A stretch of DNA of 24,639 nt from a virus (taxonomy: Duplodnaviria > Caudoviricetes), in IMG/VR virus record IMGVR_UViG_3300022178_003533, positions 1 to 24,639 of that record. One strand, 5' to 3'. Both the position numbers and the translations under genes were made by a program. Positions 1 to 7,743 of this stretch are shown piece by piece (position 1 is the first letter of the stretch; each line of letters starts with the position of its first letter). The notes under the pieces were generated by a model. It made no database searches. It had not been told where the DNA came from and was given only the letters and a program-made list of their open reading frames with translations.

Positions 1-8
1 GTTATAAT

Positions 9-36
9 TTGATATATCTAAAAATATGGTTATAGT
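9..36 (+). promoter_or_regulatory. Possible sigma70-type promoter
   Basis: TTGATA (9-14), 16-nt spacer, TATAGT (31-36), followed by AAGGA (55-59) and the TTG start at 67. The context is AT-rich, so a chance match is possible. Confidence 0.4.
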
Positions 37-66
37 AGTTACGTTTAATATAGAAAGGATAAAGAA

Positions 67-876
67 TTGGAAAACAAAACAGATTTAAGAGTATTATCAC
101 TAGGAGCAGGTGTTCAGAGTAGCACGGTCGCTTTAATGATTGAGTATGGTGAATTACCCATGGTCGATTGTGCAATATTCGCTGACACTCAGAATGAACC
201 TAAATACGTGTACGATTGGTTACAATATTTAAAAAACAGGGTTTCTTATCCTGTGCATATTGTATCTAAGGGTAATTTAAAAGAAGATATGTTATCTAGT
301 AAATACAAATTTCTAGCGATACCTACATACACGATTAATAACAAAACTGGCAAGAAAGGGTTTACCATGCGCCAGTGTACCAATGATTATAAGATACAAC
401 CTATTTATCAAAAGATAAGAAGATTGTTAGGATTAAAAAAATATCAAAGAGTACCAAAAGGTACTAATATAGAAATGGTTATTGGTATTTCGAGAGATGA
501 GATGGTACGGTGTAAGGAGAGCAGGTTACCTTATATAAAGAATGACTATCCGTTAGTATTTGATAAAAAATTTAACAGAGGCGATTGCATGGAATGGTTA
601 AAGGGTCACAACCATCCGTTACCTAAAAAATCTGCTTGTACTTTTTGCCCTTATCATTCTAACGAGTTTTGGTTAGACATAAAAAATAATGATAAAGAAA
701 TGTGGAAGGAAGTAGTGGACCTGGATAATAAATTAAGGAACGCTACGAGAAAACCAGAGGACGAAGTATTTTTACACAAGTCTTATGTACCGTTGGAGGA
801 GGCAGATTTAGATCCATTCAAAGACCAGTTAGATATGTTTAATGATATTTGTGATGAAGGAATGTGTGGCGTATAG
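67..876 (+). CDS. PP-loop adenine nucleotide alpha-hydrolase, PAPS-reductase/DndC-like, probably Fe-S binding
   Basis: N-terminal VLSLGAGVQSS (variant of SxGxDS PP-loop), IFADTQNE, RQCTxxYKIxPI, IGISxDE, KSACTFCPY and C-terminal CDEGMCGV. TTG start with AAGGA upstream. Confidence 0.75.
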   Translation: MENKTDLRVLSLGAGVQSSTVALMIEYGELPMVDCAIFADTQNEPKYVYDWLQYLKNRVSYPVHIVSKGNLKEDMLSSKYKFLAIPTYTINNKTGKKGFTMRQCTNDYKIQPIYQKIRRLLGLKKYQRVPKGTNIEMVIGISRDEMVRCKESRLPYIKNDYPLVFDKKFNRGDCMEWLKGHNHPLPKKSACTFCPYHSNEFWLDIKNNDKEMWKEVVDLDNKLRNATRKPEDEVFLHKSYVPLEEADLDPFKDQLDMFNDICDEGMCGV

Positions 877-1077
877 ATGAAGAAAGATTTTTTACAAAGT
901 CTTATTGATGTTGGAAGTGGTTTTATATTAGCGATACTTATTCAAATAACGGTGTTTCCTTTATTTGGGTTACACCCTAGTTTTTCAGAGAACATAGGTA
1001 TAGCATTGATTTTTACAGTGGTATCGATTATAAGATCTTCTATATGGAGATGGATTTTTAGAAATGCAAAACTATAA
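877..1077 (+). CDS. Small two-TM phage membrane protein
   Basis: Two hydrophobic segments around QITVFPLFG and a basic C-terminus. The ATG directly follows the upstream stop, and the 3' end overlaps the terL start. Confidence 0.7.
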   Translation: MKKDFLQSLIDVGSGFILAILIQITVFPLFGLHPSFSENIGIALIFTVVSIIRSSIWRWIFRNAKL

Positions 1078-2530
1078 TGTTTCAGAGGACGTGCTCCGAG
1101 AAATTTTAGCTTTAGAAGAAGCAAAGAGAAAACTTGGAGTTAGAGAACAAACCGAAAAAAGTTTTATGAAGTTTGTTAAACATTGTTACGAAGGGTTTAT
1201 CGAAGGTTCTCATCATAAGAAAGTGGCAGAGAAATTTGAACAACTGGCCAAGAACCCTGGTTCACGGATCATTATCAATATGCCCCCTAGACATACGAAG
1301 TCTGAATTTGCAAGTTACTTATTACCTGCATGGTTAATTGGCAAGAAGCCAGATTTAAAAATTATTCAAACGACACACACCGCAGAGCTTGCGGTACGAT
1401 TTGGACGTAAGGTAAGAAACCTTATGGAGTTAGAGGTGTACAGAGAAGTATTTCCAGATGTAGAGTTACGTTCAGATTCAAAAGCAGCAGGTCGATGGGA
1501 AACAGGTCAAGGTGGTGAATATTATGCAGCGGGAGTTGGAGGAGCGATCACGGGTCGTGGTGCAGATTTATTGATTATTGATGATCCGCACTCGGAACAA
1601 GATGCACTTTCAGAAACGGCACTTGAAAATGCGTACGAGTGGTACACTTCTGGTCCAAGACAGAGATTACAACCAGGTGGATCTATAGTGATTGTTATGA
1701 CACGATGGTCATTAAAAGATTTGACTGGCAAACTGATAAAGGCGCAAGCCGCAGACCCCATGTCCGATAAATGGGACGTCATTGAATTTCCTGCTATCTT
1801 GCCGAGTGATAATATTTTGTGGCCAGAATTTTGGAAAAAAGATGAGTTGTTAAAGGTCAAGGCATCATTGTCTTTGAGCAAATGGAATGCGCAGTGGCAA
1901 CAAAATCCTGTGGCAGCAGAAGGAGCGATTATAAAAAAAGACTGGTGGAACGTATGGGAGAAAGAAGATATTCCTCCTGTTAGTTATATTATGCAAAGTT
2001 ATGATACGGCGTTTAGTAAAAAAGAGACGGCGGACTATAGTGCTATTACGACATGGGGTGTATTTAAACCAGATGAAGGTGGTTCAGATCATTTGATATT
2101 ATTAGATGCACAACGTGGACGATGGGATTTTCCTGAATTAAAAAGTAAAGCAAAAGAAGAGTATTCTTATTGGGAGCCTGATATGGTTTTAATTGAAGCA
2201 AAAGCTACAGGTACACCGCTCACGGACGAGTTGAGAAATATAGGAATACCTGTGGTAAATTATACACCTAGTAAAGGAAAAGATAAACATACCCGTATGC
2301 ATATGGTGGCACCGTTATTTGAGTCAGGTAAAGTGTGGGCTCCAATGAAAAGTTTTGCTGAGGAAGTGGTAGATGAAGTGGCGGCATTTCCAAATGGGGA
2401 CTATGATGATTACGTGGATAGTATGACCATGGCACTTATAAGATATCGTAAAGGGGGATTCATAATACTTGACAATGACGAGCAGGAAGAAGAAGGTATG
2501 ATAAGTATTAGTCCTCGTCAATTTTATTAG
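1064..2530 (+). CDS. terL: Terminase large subunit
   Basis: Walker A-like NMPPRHTKS, GVGGAITGRGAD, Walker B LLIIDDP, coupling motif VMTRW, RNase H-like nuclease residues SYDTAF..ADYSA and DDYVDS. Confidence 0.95.
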   Translation: MQNYNVSEDVLREILALEEAKRKLGVREQTEKSFMKFVKHCYEGFIEGSHHKKVAEKFEQLAKNPGSRIIINMPPRHTKSEFASYLLPAWLIGKKPDLKIIQTTHTAELAVRFGRKVRNLMELEVYREVFPDVELRSDSKAAGRWETGQGGEYYAAGVGGAITGRGADLLIIDDPHSEQDALSETALENAYEWYTSGPRQRLQPGGSIVIVMTRWSLKDLTGKLIKAQAADPMSDKWDVIEFPAILPSDNILWPEFWKKDELLKVKASLSLSKWNAQWQQNPVAAEGAIIKKDWWNVWEKEDIPPVSYIMQSYDTAFSKKETADYSAITTWGVFKPDEGGSDHLILLDAQRGRWDFPELKSKAKEEYSYWEPDMVLIEAKATGTPLTDELRNIGIPVVNYTPSKGKDKHTRMHMVAPLFESGKVWAPMKSFAEEVVDEVAAFPNGDYDDYVDSMTMALIRYRKGGFIILDNDEQEEEGMISISPRQFY

Positions 2531-2539
2531 GAGGGATGT

Positions 2540-2998
2540 ATGGCGTTACCATTATTAGGTTCTGCGTTAGGTCTTGTAGGAGACTTAGCAGGGTCATGGA
2601 TTAAAGGTAAAGTAGACAAACAAAAAGCAGAGACCGAAGCCAAAGTTGCACAAGCTAAAGCAAAAGCAGTAGTGTATGAGAAACAAGCCACTGGCGAATT
2701 AGATATGGAAAAATCTCTAACGGAGCAAATGGGTGGTAGCTGGAAAGATGAGGCATGGACAATTTTTTTTATTGTGGTGTTGAGCTGTTGTTTTTTACCT
2801 TGGACACAAGGCTACGTTAAAGAAGGTTTTATTTTTCTTGATACTTCTACTCCCGACTGGTTCGCTAATTGTATATACATTTCCATCACTGCTAGTTTTG
2901 GTTATAGAATTGGTAAAGCAGGGGTAGGTATGATAAACTCAGTTAAAAAAAATCCAGGTTCACAAACTAAACAAAAAATTGTAAAAAAGAAAGGATAA
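2540..2998 (+). CDS. Holin-like membrane protein (3TM/GTA-holin-like)
   Basis: N-terminal hydrophobic helix, coiled segment, SWKDEAW then two TM helices ending SFGYR, basic tail. Strong RBS AGGAGG at 2528-2533. Confidence 0.6.
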   Translation: MALPLLGSALGLVGDLAGSWIKGKVDKQKAETEAKVAQAKAKAVVYEKQATGELDMEKSLTEQMGGSWKDEAWTIFFIVVLSCCFLPWTQGYVKEGFIFLDTSTPDWFANCIYISITASFGYRIGKAGVGMINSVKKNPGSQTKQKIVKKKG

Positions 2999-3001
2999 CG
3001 T

Positions 3002-5398
3002 ATGGCAGATAAAATAGACCCATCACAAATTGACAAATCAATGCCTGCAATGGGCGAAGAACTTATGGTCGAAGGAGAAGATCAAGAGATAGAAGAAGAT
3101 GAGGAAGAGTCAGAAGGTGACATTGAAGTCATTGAAGAAGAGGAAGATGGTTCTGTAGTTGTAAATTTTGAAGGAGCTATTCAAAAAGGAATGGCAGAAG
3201 AGCATGATGCTAATTTAGCAGAAATGGTAGATGTAAGAGTTTTACAAGATATATCCAGTGATTTAATATCTGATTATGAAGGAGATAAAGAATCCAGAAG
3301 CGATTGGGAAAATGCTTACTCCGAAGGATTAGAATTATTAGGTATTAAATATGAAGAAAGAGAAGAACCTTTTAGAGGTTCATCAGGAGTTACACATCCA
3401 TTAATATCAGAAGCTGTTACACAATTTCAAGCACAGGCTTATAAAGAATTGTTACCATCTGCTGGTCCTGTAAGAACACAAGTTTTAGGAGCGAACACTC
3501 CAGAAGTAGAAAATCAAGCACAACGTGTTCAAGACTTTATGAATTATCAGATTGTACATGTAATGGAAGAGTACGATCCTGAATTAGATAGACTGTTATT
3601 TTATCTACCCTTATCAGGTAGTGCTTTTAAAAAAGTATATTTTGATGAAACATTAGATAGAGCCGTATCTCGTTTTGTACCTGCGGACGATTTAGTTGTT
3701 CCATACAATGCTACTGATTTATATTCTGCTACAAGAGTAACACATGTATTGCGTGTTTCTGGAAATGAGATAAGGATTAATCAATCGACAGGGTTTTACA
3801 GAGATGTAGAATTACAACCTTATGAAGAAGAAGATCAAGTTAAAGATAAAGAAAGAGAATTATCAGGAGTAGAAAAAAATTCTACTGATGAAGATTATAC
3901 ATTATTAGAAGTACATACTAATTTAGATCTAGAAGGGTTTGAACATGTTAGTCCATTAGATGGAGAGACTACAGGTATTAAACTTCCTTACATTGTTATA
4001 CTAGATTTAGAAAGTGGTGAGGTATTATCTATTCGTAGAAATTGGAAAGAAGGAGATGAGTTCTATAAAAAACTTCAGTATTTTTCTCATTATAAATTTT
4101 TACCAGGTTTAGGTTTTTACGGTTTTGGACTACTACACATGATTGGTGGACTTGGAAGATCTGCTACTTCTATATTAAGACAATTAATTGATGCGGGTAC
4201 TTTAGCAAACTTACCTGCTGGATTTAAAGCAAGAGGCATACGAATAAGAGATTCCGATGAACCTCTATCACCAGGAGAGTTTAGAGATATAGATGTGCCC
4301 GGAGGCGATTTAAAAAATAGTATTTTACCATTACCTTATAAAGAGCCAAGTGGCACATTAATGCAACTTTTAGGATTTGTAGTAGATGCAGGTCGTAGGT
4401 TTGCTTCTATTGCAGATATGCAAACAGGTGAGAATAAACAAAATGCAGCAGTTGGAACTACTCTTGCTTTATTAGAGCGTGGATCAAGAGTGATGTCTGC
4501 TATTCACAAAAGAATGCACTATGCACAAAAACAAGAATTTAGGATGTTAGCAAAAGTATTTGGAGAGTCTTTACCTCCTGCATATCCATATAATGTTTTT
4601 GGCGCAGAAGCAATGATCAAACAAATGGATTTTGATGACAGAGTAGATGTAATACCTGTATCAGACCCTAACATTTTTTCTATGTCGCAAAGATTATCCC
4701 TAGCGCAAACTCAATTACAACTAGCGCAATCCAATCCTCAATTACATAATCTTTATGAAGCGTATAGAAGAATGTACCAGGCTGTTGGAGTGCAAAATAT
4801 TGAGGCGATACTACCACCGCCTCAGCCTCCTCAGCCTAGTGATCCTGCAATAGAAAACGCAAGAGCGATTGCAGCGCAAAATTTACAAGCATTTCAAGAA
4901 CAAGATCACGATGCACATATGGCATCTCACATAAGTTTTATGAAAACAGCTGTAGTTGCTAGTAGTCCTCAGATTTTTGCCTTGCTTTTAGCACATATTT
5001 GTGAGCATATTGCTTTTAAAGCAAGAGGTGTTGCAATGATGGAAGCTATGACAATGGCACAACAAGCACAACAGGCTGGACAACCCGAACCTATGGTTGA
5101 TGGTGAAGCAAAAGTTGCCCAGTACATATCTCAATATACTGAGGAAGTACTGGCTCTTTTTGCTCCCCCTGAACAAGGGCCAGACCCACTTGTTGCATTA
5201 AGAGAGAAAGAGTTAAACATTCAAGCGATGGACATGCAGAGAAAGTCAATGGAGTTTGATGCTAAATTAGGTTTTGAAGCAGAAAAAGAAGAAGGCAGAC
5301 AAGACCTTACAAAAGAAAGAATACAGTCTTCAGAAGATATAGCTCAACTAAGAGCGCAAGTTAATCGTGAACGTTTTGAAAATAAAGGAGGCTCGTAA
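3002..5398 (+). CDS. Portal protein
   Basis: 798 aa just downstream of terL. Acidic N-terminus, HPLISEAVTQFQAQAYKELLP, LPLSGSAFKKVY, PGLGFYGFG, LIDAGTLANLPAGFK and a coiled-coil C-terminus, as in podovirus portals. Confidence 0.88.
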   Translation: MADKIDPSQIDKSMPAMGEELMVEGEDQEIEEDEEESEGDIEVIEEEEDGSVVVNFEGAIQKGMAEEHDANLAEMVDVRVLQDISSDLISDYEGDKESRSDWENAYSEGLELLGIKYEEREEPFRGSSGVTHPLISEAVTQFQAQAYKELLPSAGPVRTQVLGANTPEVENQAQRVQDFMNYQIVHVMEEYDPELDRLLFYLPLSGSAFKKVYFDETLDRAVSRFVPADDLVVPYNATDLYSATRVTHVLRVSGNEIRINQSTGFYRDVELQPYEEEDQVKDKERELSGVEKNSTDEDYTLLEVHTNLDLEGFEHVSPLDGETTGIKLPYIVILDLESGEVLSIRRNWKEGDEFYKKLQYFSHYKFLPGLGFYGFGLLHMIGGLGRSATSILRQLIDAGTLANLPAGFKARGIRIRDSDEPLSPGEFRDIDVPGGDLKNSILPLPYKEPSGTLMQLLGFVVDAGRRFASIADMQTGENKQNAAVGTTLALLERGSRVMSAIHKRMHYAQKQEFRMLAKVFGESLPPAYPYNVFGAEAMIKQMDFDDRVDVIPVSDPNIFSMSQRLSLAQTQLQLAQSNPQLHNLYEAYRRMYQAVGVQNIEAILPPPQPPQPSDPAIENARAIAAQNLQAFQEQDHDAHMASHISFMKTAVVASSPQIFALLLAHICEHIAFKARGVAMMEAMTMAQQAQQAGQPEPMVDGEAKVAQYISQYTEEVLALFAPPEQGPDPLVALREKELNIQAMDMQRKSMEFDAKLGFEAEKEEGRQDLTKERIQSSEDIAQLRAQVNRERFENKGGS

Positions 5399-6402
5399 TG
5401 GGTAATAAAACAAAAAAACAAAAGTTTGATCAAGGGGGTTCTAAAAAAAGTGGGTTATTTCCAGCAGCTTTTGGAAGTGACCCGATAGCACAAATAGACG
5501 CTCTTATTAAAGAAGCAAGGAGACTTAAAAAAAATCAAGATAAAGGAAAAAAATATAAAAACCCAAAAGTAGATAAATATAATCAAGGAGGAAGTAACAT
5601 GGGCAAAAAGAAAATGAAAAACGGTGGTGGTATAAAAGAAGCAATATCAAATTTTTTTGGTAGTGGTACAAAGCCAGTGCTTGAACCTGGTAAAGGTGCT
5701 CGTCCAAAAGGTTCACCTGAACCAACTGTGTTTAAAAGTAAAAAAAATAAAAAACCTGATGCAAATAAAAAAACAGATAATCCTTTTAAAGCAAAAAATA
5801 AAAGTAATGCAAAAGTAGGACAAAAATTTGGATTTGAAAAAGTAAAAACAAAAAACTCTACTACAAAAAATAAAGTTTTTCCTAATACAAAAGGAAAAGA
5901 TTATACAATAAAGAAAAATGATACTTTATCAGGTATAGCTAAATCACAAGGAACAACTGTTGCTGCTATTATGGCAGCTAATAAAGGTATTAAAAACCCA
6001 AATAATATTAGAGCAGGAGCAGGTTTAGTTATTCCTGGAGGTGGTAAAACTAAAGTTAAGAGTAATACTAAAACTAATAAAACTAATAAAAAAAGCAATG
6101 TTCCAACAATCTTTAAGAAAAAAAATGATAACAAAAGTCCTTTAAGTAAATTTACTAAACCAGTAGTAGTAAAATCTAGAAAATTTGGTGATGAAAGTAA
6201 AATTACAAAAAATACTGATATGAGTAAAACCAAAGTTATTAGTACGCAAAATAAAAAGAAAAATAATAAGATAAAAAATATTACAGTCACACCTAAAAAG
6301 AAAAAAAATGAGATTAGTGACGATACTTTTATTACCAATAGAAAAAAAGGTGGAGTTAAAGTAAAAATGAATAGAGGGGGAACCTTTAAAGGTATTTTTT
6401 AA
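5398..6402 (+). CDS. Lys-rich protein with a single LysM domain
   Basis: LysM at about 5902-6036 (YTIKKNDTLSGIAKSQGTTVAAIMAANKGIKNPNNIRAGAGLVIP) within a K/N-rich disordered sequence. TAATG coupling to the portal gene and AGGAGG RBS. Confidence 0.85.
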   Translation: MGNKTKKQKFDQGGSKKSGLFPAAFGSDPIAQIDALIKEARRLKKNQDKGKKYKNPKVDKYNQGGSNMGKKKMKNGGGIKEAISNFFGSGTKPVLEPGKGARPKGSPEPTVFKSKKNKKPDANKKTDNPFKAKNKSNAKVGQKFGFEKVKTKNSTTKNKVFPNTKGKDYTIKKNDTLSGIAKSQGTTVAAIMAANKGIKNPNNIRAGAGLVIPGGGKTKVKSNTKTNKTNKKSNVPTIFKKKNDNKSPLSKFTKPVVVKSRKFGDESKITKNTDMSKTKVISTQNKKKNNKIKNITVTPKKKKNEISDDTFITNRKKGGVKVKMNRGGTFKGIF

Positions 6403-6653
6403 TGGCAGTAAGTTACAGAGGAGAAAAATTTTCTGGTTATAACAAACCAAAAAGAACTCCGGGCAAAAAGAAAAAATTTGCTGTACTTGCTAAAGTAGGT
6501 GACAAAGTAAGGCTAATAAGATATGGTGACCCAAATATGAAGATAAAAGTTAACATACCTAAGAGAAGAAAAAGCTTTAGAGCGAGACATAAATGTGATA
6601 CCGCTCCTCCTGCTAAATTAACTGCAAGATATTGGAGTTGTAAAAAATGGTAA
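6402..6653 (+). CDS. Small basic conserved phage protein
   Basis: TAATG coupling. The pattern KKKFAV..IRYGDPNM..RRKSFRARHKC..ARYWSCKKW is recognisable from marine phage hypotheticals. Confidence 0.8.
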   Translation: MAVSYRGEKFSGYNKPKRTPGKKKKFAVLAKVGDKVRLIRYGDPNMKIKVNIPKRRKSFRARHKCDTAPPAKLTARYWSCKKW

Positions 6654-7045
6654 GAAAAGGTGGTATTAGATCTCAAATGTCTAAACAAATGGGTATGTCA
6701 AAAAGCAAAGCAGACGACCTTTTACAAAAAGGCAAACAAATGAACGATGCACAAGGTTTTAATAAAGGAGGAACTAGCATGGCTAAACAATTTCCAGACT
6801 TAACAGGAGACGGTCAAACAACCCAAGCAGATATTCTCAAAGGAAGAGGAGTTTTTGCTCATGGTGGTACTATGACTGTTATAATTGGAACAGATGTTTC
6901 ACGTGAAACATCTAATTATGTTGAAAAAATAACACCTGGTCCAAAAGATGTAAAAGTAAACATGAATAGTAAAGTGAGAAACCAAGAAATTAAAGGTACT
7001 CCATCTGTTCAAGTAAAAGGAAGAAGATTTTCTGGAGTTTATTAA
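6647..7045 (+). CDS. Hypothetical basic protein with EF-hand/dockerin-like loop; contains a parS site
   Basis: Overlaps the upstream gene and is coupled to the downstream one (TAATG). DLTGDGQTTQAD loop. Possible internal start at 6779. Confidence 0.75.
   Translation: MVRKGGIRSQMSKQMGMSKSKADDLLQKGKQMNDAQGFNKGGTSMAKQFPDLTGDGQTTQADILKGRGVFAHGGTMTVIIGTDVSRETSNYVEKITPGPKDVKVNMNSKVRNQEIKGTPSVQVKGRRFSGVY
6895..6910. promoter_or_regulatory. parS: parS-consensus ParB binding site
   Basis: Exact TGTTTCACGTGAAACA, the widely conserved chromosomal parS consensus. It lies inside the perfect 22-bp palindrome AGATGTTTCACGTGAAACATCT (6892-6913). Confidence 0.8.
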
Positions 7046-7242
7046 TGAGTTCTATAAATTTTGCTTATTCTTTTTTAAAAAGAATACAACAAAGAATAGA
7101 ATTAACAAAAGAAACTATTTTATCAGGTTCTTTTAAAACGATGGAAGATTACAAACACATAACTGGAGAGCTAAAAGGTCTTCAGTTTGCAGAAAGAGAA
7201 ATAAAGGAACAATTAGAAAGCAAGGAGAATGACGATGAGTAA
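7045..7242 (+). CDS. Small helical hypothetical protein preceding groES
   Basis: Coupled start (TAATG), amphipathic helices, SG..MEDYKHITGELKGL pattern, acidic tail. Confidence 0.8.
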   Translation: MSSINFAYSFLKRIQQRIELTKETILSGSFKTMEDYKHITGELKGLQFAEREIKEQLESKENDDE

Positions 7243-7705
7243 AACACTATATGTGCCAGAACATATTGCGAATAAAGATAAGAAAGAAAAAAAGGTTAAT
7301 GTAGAACCTTTATACAGACCAAAGGATACTAAAGTTCTTGATCCTGGTTTAATTAAGAAAAATTTAAAAGAAAGACTTCCTCAACCTACAGGTTGGAGAA
7401 TATTGGTAATGCCTTATATGGGTAAAGCCACTACAGACTCAGGTATTTACATTCCTGATACTGTCAGAGAGCGTGAGCAACTAGCAACAGTAGTAGCTTA
7501 TGTTTTAAGAGTTGGACCTTTAGCGTATAAAGATCCAAATAAGTTTGGGCCAGAATCTACTTCTTGGTGTCAAGAAGGTCAATGGGTTTGTATTGGTCGT
7601 TACGCAGGATCTCGTTTTAAAATAGACGGCGGTGAAGTTAGAATTATTAATGATGACGAAGTAATTGCTACTATATTAGAACCAGATGATATTAAACACG
7701 TTTAA
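7235..7705 (+). CDS. groES: GroES/Cpn10-like co-chaperonin
   Basis: PQPTGWRILV, TDSGIYIPD mobile-loop region, VLRVGPLAY, GQWVCIGRYAG, RIINDDEVIA. Start placed at 7235 because AAGGAG (7222-7227) is 7 nt from it but only 1 nt from 7229. Confidence 0.88.
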   Translation: MSKTLYVPEHIANKDKKEKKVNVEPLYRPKDTKVLDPGLIKKNLKERLPQPTGWRILVMPYMGKATTDSGIYIPDTVREREQLATVVAYVLRVGPLAYKDPNKFGPESTSWCQEGQWVCIGRYAGSRFKIDGGEVRIINDDEVIATILEPDDIKHV

Positions 7706-7743
7706 ACAGAAAGAATAAAGCAACTTCATGGAGATAAAGAGAC

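Noticed and set aside
67-876. Calling this gene cysH (auxiliary sulfur metabolism)
   Set aside because: The PP-loop is divergent and the canonical CysH C-terminal ECGLH motif is absent. Only superfamily-level assignment is supported.
2469-2502. Perfect TTGACA near the end of terL
   Set aside because: The nearest -10-like hexamer (TATGAT, 2497) is 22 nt away, too far for a sigma70 promoter.
7692-7705. TTAAAC-AC-GTTTAA inverted repeat at the groES stop as a second parS
   Set aside because: It matches only the CACGT core, and short AT-rich palindromes are expected by chance.
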